Part shown: positions 24,880 to 38,027 of the stretch, piece by piece
Layout: every line of letters begins with the position of its first letter
Position numbering within the stretch: the first letter of the stretch is position 1
From: Tubiluchus corallicola
Lineage: Eukaryota; Animalia; Priapulida
Direction of reading: 5' to 3'
DNA length: 64,000 nt
Assembly: GCA_030141605.1 (NCBI GenBank)
Contig: JAQGDQ010000318.1
Location: 186,001-250,000 of the forward strand
The notes under the pieces: generated by a model
Databases searched by the model: none
What the model saw: only the letters and a program-made list of their open reading frames with translations
What the model was told of the DNA's origin: nothing
Position numbers and translations under genes: made by a program

Positions 24880-27335
24880 CATATATAAACAACTCATACG
24901 TAACCACTGAGATAAACAATTAAGATGTAGATTAACAACTCATGCATGCGTAACCATGTAGAAACAGAATTAAGAAGTAGGTAAACAACTCATGCGTAAC
25001 CATGGAGATACACCATAAAGATGTAGATAAACAGCTCAGACGTAACCATGAAGATACACAATTGAGATGTAGATGAACAACTATGTGTAACCATGGAGAT
25101 ACACCATAAAGATGTACATAAACAGCTCAGACGTAACCATGAAGATACACAATTGAGATGTAGATGAACAACTCATGCGTAACCATGGAGATACACCATA
25201 AAGATGTAGATAAACAGCTCAGACGTAACCATGAAGATACACAATTGAGATGTAGATGAACAACTCATGTGTAACCATGGAGATATACCATAAAGATGTA
25301 GATAAACAGCTCAGTCGTAACCATGAAGATACGCAATTGAGATGTAGATGAACAACTCATGTGTAACCATGGAGATACACCATTAAGATGTAGATAAACA
25401 GCTCAGACGTAACCATGAAGATACGCAATTGAGATGTAGATGAACAATTCATGTGTAACCATGGAGATACACCATAAAGATGTAGATAAACAGCTCAGAC
25501 GTAACCATGAAGATACACAATTGAGATGTAGATGAACAACTCATGTGTAACCATGGAGATATACCATAAAGATGTAGATAAACAGCTCAGTCGTAACCAT
25601 GAAGATACACAATTGAGATGTAGATGAACAATTCATGTGTAATCATGGAGATACACCATTAAGATGTAGATAAACAAATCAGACGTAACCATGGAGATAC
25701 GCAATTGAGATGTAGATGAACAATTCATGTGTAACCATGGAGATACACCATTAAGATGTAGATAAACAAATCAGACGTAACCATGGAGATACACAATTGA
25801 GATGTAGATGAACAATTCATGTGTAATCATGGAGATACACCATTAAGATGTAGATAAACAAATCAGACGTAACCATGGAGATACGCAATTGAGATGTAGA
25901 TGAACAATTCATGTGCAACCATGGAGATACACCATTAAGATGTAGATAAACAAATCAGACGTAACCATGGAGATACGCAATTGAGATGTAGATGAACAAC
26001 TATGTGTAACCATGGAGATTCACCATAAACATGTACATAAACAGCTCAGACGTAACCATGAAGATACACAATTGAGATGTAGATGAACAACTCATGCGTA
26101 ACCATGGAGATACACCATAAAGATGTAGATAAACAGCTCAGACGTAACCATGAAGATACACCATTGAGATGTAGATGAACAACTCATGCGTAACCATGGA
26201 GATATACCATAAAGATGTAGATAAACAGCTCAGTCGTAACCATGAAGATACGCAATTGAGATGTAGATGAACAACTCATGTGTAACCATGGAGATACACC
26301 ATTAAGATGTAGATAAACAGCTCAGACGTAACCATGAAGATACGCAATTGAGATGTAGATGAACAACTCATGTGTAATCATGGAGATATACCATAAAGAT
26401 GTAGATAAACAGCTCAGTCGTAACCATGAAGATACGCAATTGAGATGTAGATGAACAATTCATGTGTAATCATGGAGATACACCATTAAGATGTAGATAA
26501 ACAAATCAGACGTAACCATGGAGATACGCAATTGAGATGTAGATGAACAATTCATGTGTAACCATGGAGATACACCATTAAGATGTAGATAAACAAATCA
26601 GACGTAACCATGGAGATACGCAATTGAGATGTAGATGAACAACTCATGTGTAACCATGCAGATACACCATTAAGATGTAGATAAACAAATCAGACGTAAC
26701 CATGGAGATACACAATTGAGATGTAGATGAACAACTCATGCGTAACCATGGAGATACACAATTAAGATGTAGATGAACAACTCATACGTAACCATGGAGA
26801 AACAGAATTAAGACATAGGTAAACAACTCATACGTAACCATGGAGAAACAGAATTAAGACGTAGGTAAACAACTGATGCGTAACCATGGAGAAGCAGAAT
26901 TAAGACGTAGGTAAACAACTGATGCGTAACCACAGAGAAACAGAATTAAGAGGTAGGTAAACAACTGATGCGTAACCACAGAGAAACAGAATTAAGACGT
27001 AGGTAAACAACTCATGCGTAACCATGGAGAAACAGAATTAAGACGTAGGTAAACAACTCATGCGTAAGCATGGAGAAACAGAATTAAGACGTAGGTAAAG
27101 AACTGATGCGTAAGCATGGAGAAACAGAATTAAGACGTAGGTAAACAACTGATGCGTAACCATGGAGAAACAGAATTAAGGGGTATTTAAACAACTCATG
27201 CGTAACCATGGAGAAACAGAATTAAGACGTAGGTAAACAACTCATGCGTAACCATGGAGATACACAATAAAGGTGTTAATAAACAGCTCAGACGTAACCA
27301 TGAAGACACACAATTAAGAAGTAGATAAACAACAC
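24880..27335. repeat. 46-bp satellite (about 53 monomers) with a 92-bp higher-order dimer core
   Basis: Alternating gatgtagataaacagctcagacgtaaccatgaagatacacaattga / gatgtagatgaacaactcatgcgtaaccatggagatacaccataaa; period 25141->25233. Confidence 0.95.
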
Positions 27336-27945
27336 AGACTTAGGTACATAAACTATATAGATGCATAAGTCAAATGCACTTCAAAAACTCAGCACACTCT
27401 CTCCGATGTAAACGATGTAAAACGAAGTAACTGAGAGATGTTCCACATAATTAGTATCATCAGTTAATTTAATTTTAAGCTACACGCTTCACAAATTAAC
27501 CCACTAATGACGTCACGTTCATTTTCATTCACAAACAAAAATTTCACTGCATCACGCGTTCGGTCAGTTCTAGACGACTGAAAAAGAGGAGACAGAGAGA
27601 AAGAGGAGGTAAATCCGGGAGGCAGCAGAGCATCTCCGTGCAGAGATAAGTGGCGCACAACTGATGCGGAAACCATGGCAGAAACTTGTCACTCATCAGA
27701 CAACTATTATCTAAACCATGGCAAAAAACAGAAATACAGCCAAACCGTGATTATCTCATGCATATAGTGAAGTCGATAACAACGATTATGTTAATACGCA
27801 TTGCTGATCTATATAATAATTGCAGTGAAAGTTTGGAATGAATTGTTACAGTAAACCTTGACCAAAACCACGTGACTGTGACGTTAGTATAGGTCAGACT
27901 TAAACTACGCTACTGACTTACTTATTTTATTTAATCATATTAGAC

Positions 27946-28634
27946 TTAAAGGACAAGAAAAGGGGTACCTGAAGTTTGTTTCAAAAAATTCGCCTTAAAA
28001 AATTATATTACCTTATAGCAATTTTATGCAAAATATCGTACTTGCGTCGAAAGGATTCTTCTGTTTGTTTTTATTTTAAATCTCCCGCAATACTGTTCCG
28101 ACGGCGCCATTACATGAAGTCATATACGCACAAAGTAATTCAAGGCAAGAAAAGGAAATCTTAAATTATGTCCCAAAGACATTCCTTGCAAAGTTATATT
28201 AGTTAGCACTTCGCTTACCTGCTTCAAAGACTTATGTAACTAAAAATATTAATTATTTAAAATGCTTTCACCAATTAGTGAAATGTCGTTGACCTCCAGG
28301 GTGCACCGCAACCAAAAACGTATTTTTAACCTCATTGATTTTGAAACATTAATTTGAAATGTATTATTTATACGATACAGTATTTAGTTAGTGACGTGTG
28401 CGCTACGAATATACTCTGATTATTTTTTCAAACTTTGCCCAGTGTTATCAAAACTTGTTTCAAATGACTTACTGTCAAAATGGCTACGTCCAACGGTCAT
28501 CGTGGGAATTTAAATTTACATACAGCGTTACTGTTGACGCAAGTCAAATATGCAAAAAGGCAGTATTTAAGTGGTATAAAATCTCAAGAGGAGCTTTTTA
28601 AGCTTTATGTAAGTGGAGGGTTTTTGTGCTTTAT
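27946..28634 (+). mobile_element. Kolobok-type MITE family C
   Basis: TTAA-AGGACAAGAAAA ... TTTTTGTGCT-TTAT; has one copy of the 66-bp unit that is amplified at 17275-17530. Confidence 0.8.
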
Positions 28635-28680
28635 ACAGCCTTGCACCTTACAGGTGACACAAAATTTCAGGACAATTTCT

Positions 28681-29230
28681 TTAAAGGAAAACCGGACGAC
28701 TGTTTAGACTCAATCTCATTTTAATTTACTGTCCAAAATATAGATTTTCTTGCCTATAAAAGTTAACAATTGTTCCTTATATTTGAATAATTAGCTTAGA
28801 AAGTTAATAAATGGCAACTGAACACAGCTATTGCTTATGTCAGAAATTAACCACAGTTTGTGCAATAGCAAACATCTTTCCTTGCGCATCATTTGCATAA
28901 GTTCATCATCACAAGCACATTTGCATAAGTATTACAGTACTGTTCAAACTTGTGATGTCACGAAAATGGGCTCTACATCATATGACGTCAGAAACTAACA
29001 CTGTAGTTCATGATCATGCTCACGGTACCACCTTCTATTTGTCGGCCACGCGCATCTTAGTAGATTCACTGAACCGCACGTAGCTTTGAAAGTTTAACAA
29101 AATTTGACTATCCGAGGTAATTATTATTTAATCTAAGCTTTGGTTTAAAATAAGCTATTATAGTTTTCAATATTTTACAGCATTCTTTATTCTGAACTAA
29201 TGTTTACACAATCTTCCGGTTTTCCTTTAA
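28681..29230 (+). mobile_element. Kolobok-type MITE family B, full length with a perfect 12-bp TIR
   Basis: TTAA-AGGAAAACCGGA ... TCCGGTTTTCCT-TTAA, nested in a family C right end (28650-29264). Confidence 0.9.
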
Positions 29231-29469
29231 TTTGATGTGTGAAGAATGTTTTCTTGTGCTTTGAATCAGTCGACTACAATGATTTCAAAACTGCTAATGC
29301 TGCGATAATCATTAACGGTTTAAAAAGTGAATTTGTCATTTTGAACCCAATACCCGTCCTAAAGCCAGTGTAATACTGTAATCCATCCAGCAGATGATTA
29401 AAAGCTTTTTAATACAACTAATCGTAGGATTAGAGGACATATTGAAGAACTTGTCACGGTTGTTGTCAA

Positions 29470-30310
29470 AATTAGGCCTGCATTGTAGGCGAAGAACTAG
29501 GCCACGGTTTCAACACCTGTGTTTGTAGACTGAATTAAGAGCAGGCCTAAGCAATGATCTCAATATTAGGCCTGCATTGTAGGCGAAGAACTAGGCCATG
29601 GTTTGAACACTGTGTTTGTAGACTGAATTAAGAGCAGGCCTAAGAGACGGTCTCAATATTAGGCCTGCGATGTGGGCTGAATTAAGAACAACTTGTGCAG
29701 CGTCCCAGCATTAGGCCTGCATTGTAGGCAAAGAACTAGGTCATGGTTTGAACACCGTGTTTGTAGACTAAATTAAGAGCAGGCCTAAGAGACGGTCTCA
29801 ATATTAGGCCTGCGATGTGGGCTGAATTAAGAGTAGGCATAAGCGACGATCTCAATATGAGGCCTGTGTTGTGGGCTAAATTAAGAGTAGGCCTAAGCAA
29901 CGATCTCAATGTTAGGCCTGTGTTGTGGGCTGAATTATGAGCAGGCCTAAGCGACGATATCAATATTAGGCCTGTGTTGTGGGTTGAATTAATAACTGGG
30001 TTATTACCTCAGCATTAGGCCCGCATTTTAGTCGGAAAATCTGACTTAGGCCACGGTCTCAACATTAGATCTGTATTGCAGACTGTTGAGCGCTAGGCCA
30101 CGGTCTCAACATTAGATCTGTATTGCAGACTGTTGAGAGCTAGGCCATGGTCTCAACATTAGATCTGTATTGCAGACTGTTGAGAGCTAGGCAACGGTCT
30201 CAACATTATATCTGTATTGAAGACTGTTAAGAACTAGGCCACGGTCTCAACATTAGATCTGTATTGCAGACTGTTGAGAGCTAGGCCATAGCCTTCACGT
30301 TACGGTCTCA
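29470..30310. repeat. two related minisatellites: AGGCCT-rich units and a 47-bp unit x5
   Basis: 47-mer taggccacggtctcaacattagatctgtattgcagactgttgagagc (period 30141->30188). Confidence 0.88.
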
Positions 30311-30429
30311 ACAACGATTACAGTTCTAATTCGATTTGTAATCAAAAAAACAGCAAAAACATCCCATCAAACAATCGATTGTTATTCAAACAAGCTATGT
30401 ACGTTGGGTTTATTTTACTGTTATCAGTT

Positions 30430-30950
30430 AAACTTGGGAAAATATAAGAAAGAAATTTGCAAAAAAAGTTCTTTGTATAGAAATTTTTCAACTGCATTCA
30501 TTTGAGATTGATGACGTAACTGGCGGACTTCGTGACTTTTCCGAAGTGCACAGTGGCTTTCGAAATTATTTTAAAATTCTGCAGTTTATGTTCATGCAAA
30601 AATATCACAAAATTAGCTGTCCGTTTTTTAACTCATTATATCTTTGACGGAAATTGATCCTCCGTTGTTTTTCTTCAGTTGACGAATGGCGTCATTGGTG
30701 GAAGAATCTGCGTTCAACGTGGAACGACGTCATTGGTGGAAGAATGTGCGTTCAAAGTTGAATGACGTCATTGGTGGAAGAATGTGCGTTCAAACTGAAA
30801 GCGCACAAATGCGAAATGGTCGCGAATTTAAAGTGATTTTACCAATTACACGAGGCACTTATCACACTTTTGTTACTAAATCTTTCTGTCAATTCTCGCG
30901 AACAACGAAAAATAAGCCTAACTTCCCAGAAAACTTTACGTTTCCTTTAA
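30430..30950 (+). mobile_element. Kolobok-type MITE family D (left edge uncertain)
   Basis: 3x gacgtcattggtggaagaatgtgcgttcaa; ends CGTTTCCT-TTAA; matches 16150-16398. Confidence 0.6.
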
Positions 30951-31510
30951 TATAGTTTAGAGTCATAGAAATGCAGTTAATGGAAAGAACATAGACCAAG
31001 GTAACGAAAAGTGTGCTCATGGCTCACAAGTAATGCATAGCTGGAAATAATACGACAGTCTTACAAAGGCAAAAAACATAGAAACTACGGATTAAAGAAA
31101 GAATGCACTTGAAAAAACATTTGAAAATTGTGTTTACACAGCAGTTTCTATTGTACTCTGTTCCGTTTCAATTTACCGTAACAATTTCACTTTCGTGCGT
31201 GGAATAGCTGCAACTGAAAGTGTTAACTAAGTAGACCGGAAGTTGACTCGGATACGAGGCCTACTAACCTAGAAACTGTACTTCCGGTGAAGAAGAGAGA
31301 CGACAGAGGAGGTCATGCAAGCGAATCTGATTTGAAAGTGCATTTGTCGGAGGACGGGAATGGTGACGATGAGGCAATTTCGCGATTCGTTAAACACAGA
31401 GCATCGTCCCCTGCGCAATTTCGAGATTCACGCGACTGTGACATAGTTTGCGGCTGTGATCTCGATTCCTGGGAATCACACCAGGCGGCATGACGATACT
31501 ATGTTTTCAC

Positions 31511-31906
31511 TAAGGGTGAGCATCGAACATTCGAAGTCGATTCGAACGAATCTTTTTTAGTTCGAATTCGATTCAAACCTAAAACTATAAATTCGAATAA
31601 TTCAGCACTTCAGGCACATACCTGCTTTATCATTAAAATGTATGAAACAGAAAGCGATTAGCGCAATTTAGCTGCAACTTCTCTGCAAAATTTTTAACAA
31701 ACTAAAGCGGCTTAATTGCACAACAAAATCAAGTAATATGCACGATCTTTGTAAGACCACTTTTTACCACTGGTTCAAAAATCTTTCAAACCCCATTCGA
31801 ATTCGATTCGGATTCGAGATGGTGAAATTCGGTTCGATTCGAATTTGAAAGTCGGAAATTCGATTCGACTCGAATTCGCTTTCTGGTAGGGAATACTCAC
31901 CCCTTG
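31511..31906. mobile_element. hAT-like MITE with TTCGA(A/T) subterminal repeats
   Basis: Imperfect TIR taagggtgagca / tactcaccccttg with dense TTCGA motifs at both ends; related fragment at 15875-15950. Confidence 0.55.
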
Positions 31907-32303
31907 TATTTGCAAATATGGATGTCATATTGATATGTGGACTTCACCACAACTTTGCAGCAATATTTTAATCAATAATTTATTTTTAATCAATAATTTG
32001 TTTTCAATCAATAAGTGCAAACTGTATCCAGTATCCAGTAGTTTCCATATCGTACGACAATATTGGTTTAATGTTGTATTAGTATTGGAGAAAGTATCCT
32101 ATATTGTACCAACATGGTAACAGTATTTTCTCAATGTATTTTTTGTCAGGATCTTAACAAGGTCGTGACAAGATCGTGTGCTGCATGGGTCACTAATGGA
32201 GTCCTAATGGACACATTCCAAGAATGGGTCCCGAGTGGCATAGTCCTGTGTTGTCATGGAGAGAGCACAAAACTGCCGTAGATTTTCCGCGAGAATTAAT
32301 GGT

Positions 32304-32911
32304 GTAAAGCAAAGCCGTACCCAATCTTAAACTGTAGGTCAAAACAATCTACTCTTTAAAATATTGAAAGGAAACATACTATGTTTTCAAAAATAACTTA
32401 CGTGAGAGAATTATTACCGTACAAACAAGATTTCACGTTCGCGCCACTAGTTCTTCACTGTTACATGCATTTCACCATTTGCTAGTTAGACGGGCGCTAG
32501 CACCTGCATTTCGGAAAACATTGAAGAAAAACAGGTGCTGTACAACTGAGTTCAGATGTGTTAATTTGTGACGAACTACATGCGTTCCACAGCTCATGTG
32601 TGAGCACAGCAGTAAATTTGAATTTTTGTCTTAAAATATGCCTAGTTTTAGTACAACACACTGAATACCTTACAGTAGCACTGTACTTCAATTTTCGCTT
32701 TCGCAAACGCTTTCGCATGCTCGTGGAATATTTTTGCTGTTGAAAATTATGTTAGTTTGGGATGTCATCACTTAGTTGGGCTCGCCCGCTGTTAATTAAG
32801 TTTGCAATCTATTATGTAATTATCAGAAACGCTTTCGCAGTATTAATTGTATACTTTTTACGGTACTTGAAAATGGGGTAGTGTATGAAAAATCATTCTG
32901 TTTTTCTTTAA
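32304..32911 (-). mobile_element. Kolobok-type MITE family A, full length
   Basis: Reverse-complement homolog of 7327-7939; ends TTCTGTTTTTCT-TTAA. Confidence 0.85.
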
Positions 32912-33744
32912 CAACATTCATTTGAATAACATTTCCATTTAATACGCTCTTCGGTTTGATACAATAACATAGTAATATTTACATGCTTGACGTCTATGAA
33001 TGTGATAAAAACGGGGCGAAAAGTGTGACGTAATTTCTAAAAAGAAAAAAGGCAAAGTGCGAACACGGCTTAAGCATACGGCAGTCGTCAAGTACATTGT
33101 TCCACTTTAATAAGAATTTACCTGCCCTCAACACACCACAAATACTCACAAATACTTTACAAAAGGTTCTAGAAAGTTAGAAAACTAATAATAACATAAG
33201 CCCACGTGTTCACTGATGATGTAACAACTTCTCAAAATTATTATAAAATTATAGCCAAGATGCCACGGACAGGATGTGAAATAGGAAAATTCTTCATTTC
33301 CTGCTATTATACCACAAATCACACCATATTTGGTAAAACGGTAATTGTCATCAGCAGTTTAAAATCACCAACCGTTTCATTTAAAGAGACCAGCAAAAGG
33401 ATTGCCATAAACTTTATAATGGGATAAACTTTCGGGTATTTGTAAAACATGATGAAGTAAATGTTTGATCTTACCTACACAAATATTTGCACAATTTTGA
33501 TGACAATAACGATAATGATGACGATGATTTTGATGATGATAACAGTGATGACTTTTGCAGTAAGCAAGCAAATTAATTCTACGTGTAAATCTATATATTT
33601 ATAGAAACTAGTGTTAGTAAACAGAAAAGGAAAGTGTTAAATTATGAACTTATTAAAACTTGTTAAATTATTAATTATTGTTAAATTATTAATACTTAAA
33701 TTTATTTCTTTGGTTATTTATCATAAATAGCAAAAACATCAAGC

Positions 33745-33749
33745 AAAAA
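33745..33749 (-). terminator. Pol III oligo-T terminator of the 5S gene
   Basis: TTTTT directly after ...GTAGGC on the minus strand. Confidence 0.85.
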
Positions 33750-33867
33750 GCCTACAGCACCTGGTATTCCCAGGCGGTCACCCATCCAAGTACTAACCAG
33801 GCTCTACGCTGCTTAACTTCGGTGATCAGACGAGAACCGGTGTTTTCAACGTGATATGGCCGTAGAC
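33749..33867 (-). rRNA. RNA5S: 5S rRNA gene, intact, single copy in the window
   Basis: GTCTACGGCCATATCACGTTGAAAACACCGGTTCTCGTCTGATCACCGAAGTTAAGCAGCGTAGAGCCTGGTTAGTACTTGGATGGGTGACCGCCTGGGAATACCAGGTGCTGTAGGCT, with intact A and C boxes. Confidence 0.97.
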
Positions 33868-34049
33868 ATTTATAGCAGCTTATAACGGGTTTACATAGCA
33901 GAGCTCTGATTCAACAGCGTGACGCTCAATATCACACAAGCTAGATCATTGGTTACTCAACAGTCACGTGATCTTACGATGTGTAACCACCTGTATTCGT
34001 TCCTGGTGGCGTGGAGCCACTGTAACGTTTTTGCTGCCTGTTGTTATCT

Positions 34050-34230
34050 TTAATACCGCCACAAAGGAGCCTATTTGTTTGTTTATTTGTTTGTTTGTTT
34101 GTTCATTAGCAGGACAAGGCAAAGATAATATTGTTGAATAAATGTCCTTGAATTAAACTGTTAGAGGGGCGGATCTTTGGTAAAGGAATTTTGGGGCGGA
34201 TCTAGATCCATTCTTCTATTTGCAAAACAT
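34050..34230 (-). mobile_element. possible Helentron/HINE-like fragment
   Basis: Terminal hairpin-like taataccgccacaaaggag followed by (TTTG)n and gcggatct repeats. Confidence 0.35.
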
Positions 34231-35387
34231 GTTTGCTGGTAAAAAATTTACGTCTGCGTAGGTAATTTGGCAAACTGTGTATATAATTACAATAGCTTAC
34301 ATAATTACATTAATTTTCACTATTGTTTCGGTCAGACTTTATTGTTGTAAAATTGTTTTCCATCATGCAGACGAATCAGTGTTCTGCATGATTATAAATT
34401 GTACCAGGTGGTGCAAAAAATGTGCGGAAGTTTTGATCGCGATATTACGAGAAGAAAGTAAAGTAATCGCTTGAGACATTACCACATTAAAGCTTAAGAC
34501 GTTTGTCTATAAATAGTAAAAATTTGAAGTCATTTCCTTAGCTTTGTTCAAAGATACAAACGTTTTAAAACAACAAATCAAAAAATCAATAACTTAAAAA
34601 AGTTTTGTGTCACTATCGTTTAAATTTACAGCGAATGCTCTACGTGACAATCATTTCCATTGTAAACTAAACGTTGCAACAGCTGAGAACAGTAAGAACT
34701 TTAGTTAGTTCATTTTGTCACGATTTTTGAACTAAAAATAATTCCTTTTTTGACCAAGAACAAGGAATTGGAACACGTTCCTAAAACCGAGGAACTTTTG
34801 ATACCGACATAAGTAAAACAATTGATTAAAGTCTATTTATTCTTATGGTTAATGCTGCTTGCTGATTATTGTTGTTTATTGTGTGACATGTGAGGTAGCC
34901 ACGATGGGCATGGCAAACTATCAAGACTTTATTTAATCAACTACACATTTAATTAATATCAAACACAACACGGTAAATATAAGAGGATAGTAATGCCAGC
35001 CCTCCGTCTTCAAGTCAGTTCCTAATCTCCTCCGAGGTGCGGGCCTCAAATCACTTGTCTAACTACCTAATGCGTCATGAGCTTCTGTGCATAAGGATTA
35101 CATCATCAATCTTTATGTCTGAGTCAGCCGGTCGAACATCAGCTGATCACGTGATGCCACACCTAACTAGGCTTCTATCCATGACGATAGTTTAATCTTG
35201 CATCGTCAAGCATTTAATCTTGATTTATTAATTTAATCACCAATTTAATCAAAATCATTGTTTAACACAGCTTTCCTTTACTCATACAGACGAAAATAAT
35301 TTCCTTGCAATAAACAATAAAATGTTATTTAGTAAACATAAATAACCGGTAATTCTCTGGAGATTTCTAGGTAAACAATGTACTTCA

Positions 35388-35507
35388 CTAAACCCCAATC
35401 TCCTCATAGACGTTCACTTGTTTGTTGTAATTCGGCCCGCATAGCAACCGGTCAGCCTCGGGGGAGACATTGTAATACTGAAAGGCAGCTGGTCTCTCCC
35501 TCCCCAC
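35388..35507 (-). CDS. espin-like gene, candidate terminal exon 7 (VGRERPAAFQYYNVSPEADRLLCGPNYNKQVNVYEEIGV*)
   Basis: Acceptor tattgcag with phase 0 matching exon 6. TAG at 35388-90 and AATAAA at 35224-29 (minus). No homology support. Confidence 0.5.
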   Translation of the reverse strand: MGRERPAAFQYYNVSPEADRLLCGPNYNKQVNVYEEIGV

Positions 35508-36071
35508 CTGCAATAATGACAATAATTAGAAGAAATTATGACGTAATAACAATTAACTATCACATCACGCTTAATAAAGGAGCTTTTCGAAATTATTGGA
35601 ACAATTTGTATCTGTCAATCACATGACAGACGAAATTTTTGTACAGCTATTATACCTACAACCCATATATAAGGAGTGACCAGCTAAGTGCTTGCGGTGT
35701 GCTAGCTATTAACAGACCACATATGTGCTGCTCTTTTGTTTGGAACAAAGGAAAAAAGGTTGTTTGGAAAAGAGAAAGAAAGCGTAATAAGAGGACAACA
35801 TTTCAAAATAAAATCAACAATTTTTCATGAGTTTCATACAGTCGATTGAATGTGTCCAACCGACTGTTTCAAAAACCAAAATGAGAAGTGTAAATTTCCG
35901 AATTAAAAAGCAAAATGTAGTCTATGTAGACAATGAACTTTCATCTATTTGCGGCGTACTAACTAATTGAAGCCAAAGCCATAACTATTTGTGGCGTGCT
36001 ACTGATAAATGGCAAACACAGAATAGACGAAAGTGTTTCATATTTATAACTATTTTCAAGATGCAAAAGTC

Positions 36072-36345
36072 TAAAAGAAAGAAGGGTACCCAAAGTAGGT
36101 TTCAGAAAACTCGCCTTGAAAAATTATATTACATTATGGAAATCTTTTGCGTATATCGTACTTGTGTTAAAAGGATTTTTTGTTTGTTTTCATTTTAAAT
36201 CTCCCGCAATACTGTTCCGACGGCGCCATTACATGACGACATATATGCACAATGTAAATCAGAGGAAGAAAAGTACATGTTAAATTATGTCCCAAAAAAC
36301 TTTCCATGCAAATCTATGTTACTTAGCATTTTGCTTACCTGCTGG
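36072..36345 (+). mobile_element. Kolobok-type MITE family C, left part
   Basis: Matches 27950-28225. Confidence 0.75.
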
Positions 36346-36359
36346 AAAGAGAGAGAGAG

Positions 36360-36540
36360 ATGCAAGTGATGCAGATGAAGATGCTTTTCAATGCAAGTGA
36401 GGCGGAGAATGATAATGATACAGATGAAGATACTTTTCAATGCAAGTGATGCAGAAAATGATGATGATGCAGCTGAAGATGCTTTTTAATGCAAGTGATG
36501 CAGAGAATGATAATGATGCAGATGAAGATGCTTTTAAGTA
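36360..36540. repeat. degenerate minisatellite, about 4 units of roughly 50 bp
   Basis: tgcaagtgatgcagagaatgataatgatgcagatgaagatgcttttcaa-like units. Confidence 0.75.
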
Positions 36541-36654
36541 ATGTAGGTGCTTCAAGTCCCCATCTAAAGGTAAAGAAATTGTGGAAAAGAAAATTCATAC
36601 GATGTACAAAAATACTTTTTGTAATAATTTCAGCGATTAGCTAATTTACTAGAA

Positions 36655-36718
36655 TACGAGGAGAGAGAGTGGGGGGAGAGAATGAGAGAGAAAAGCGTAA
36701 ATGATCAAAGAAAAGAAA

Positions 36719-36806
<88 letters not shown>

Positions 36807-36830
36807 AGAGCAGAGAGAGAGAGAGGAAAA
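36655..36830. repeat. (GA)n microsatellite
   Basis: Direct reading. Confidence 0.95.
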
Positions 36831-37230
36831 AACGAGGGAAGGGAAGCAGAAACGAGAAAAAATGTGTGGTTCAAAATGTTACACCACCCTGCTTTCCTTT
36901 AATCTACTTTTTAAAATTAAAATGAAATAGACCTCGAGGAAAATATTTTTAAAAAATTAATTATGAGCACCACATCACGTTTAAGATAGGTACTCTTCAT
37001 AAATTGAAAATTTTACTGGTGCCGTGACTAGTTAGTCAATTTTTGCAAGCAACAACCTATTTGTAAAGAAACTCGGAGTAAGTGATTGTGGTGTGCTAGC
37101 TGTAACAGGTTATTTCAGAGGGGCAACAGATGCTGCAGAGGTTTATGAATATCCTTACTAATCATCTAATGTAAATTTTCTGTTAAGTGTGCTTAACTAA
37201 ATTATTATTAGAACTATTTATTATTATTGT

Positions 37231-37231
<1 letters not shown>

Positions 37232-37310
<79 letters not shown>

Positions 37311-37322
37311 CAACAACAACAA
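37232..37322. repeat. (AAT)n/(AAC)n microsatellite
   Basis: Direct reading. Confidence 0.95.
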
Positions 37323-38027
37323 AATACTTTTTATTTTTTCAAATAAAAAGCTAATACAATTTATAATGTAGCGGGTCGCTTAAGAAAAGGATATTTTCTT
37401 GTTAAAAAGAATTTAAAGAAAAACTTCTGTAAAGCAAACTTATAAAGGGTGTCGAGCGGAAAAACGTCCTCAACCTGGAACTGCCACGATCAACCCGTTT
37501 AGCCTTTCTGCAAATCCCTCTGTTTACAATTTAATCAACAAAACTGGTGTTTTCAGGTATTTTGAAATTCAGAAATTAATTTTGCAAATCATTGCATGGA
37601 TTATCTACAGTATTAAAATCAATAATCCTGTCAACAGGAGATAATGCATTGACTTCCGCACATGGTAAAACAATCATCGTCTGTGTGGGGTTGGGTAGTG
37701 TGTGGGGTGGGGAGAGTCAACTCTGAAGGCTCGAAATGGCAGGAGAAGGGTAGGATCTGAATTTAATAAATCTTCATAAAAGCTTTCAGTCAGTGAAATA
37801 TACATTCATATCTCGCTTTGCTGGACAAAAGCGGGGAGACGTCGGTCCGTGTTTTACGATGCTAAACAAACATGGTAGGCGCCGTGTGTTAGATTCACGA
37901 TAACAGAATCAATCGTCTAATTGTCTCAGAAACGTCTAGTACGGGTCGCTCCCGTGCAATAGTACATAAAAACAGTCGACAATTGACTCAAAAGACTACG
38001 CATAATTGACTCTATATTTTTCTACAC

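Noticed and set aside
30045-30290. CRISPR-like array of hairpin repeats (tctcaaca..tgttgaga)
   Set aside because: Units are contiguous 47-mers with no unique spacers, there are no cas genes, and the context is eukaryotic.
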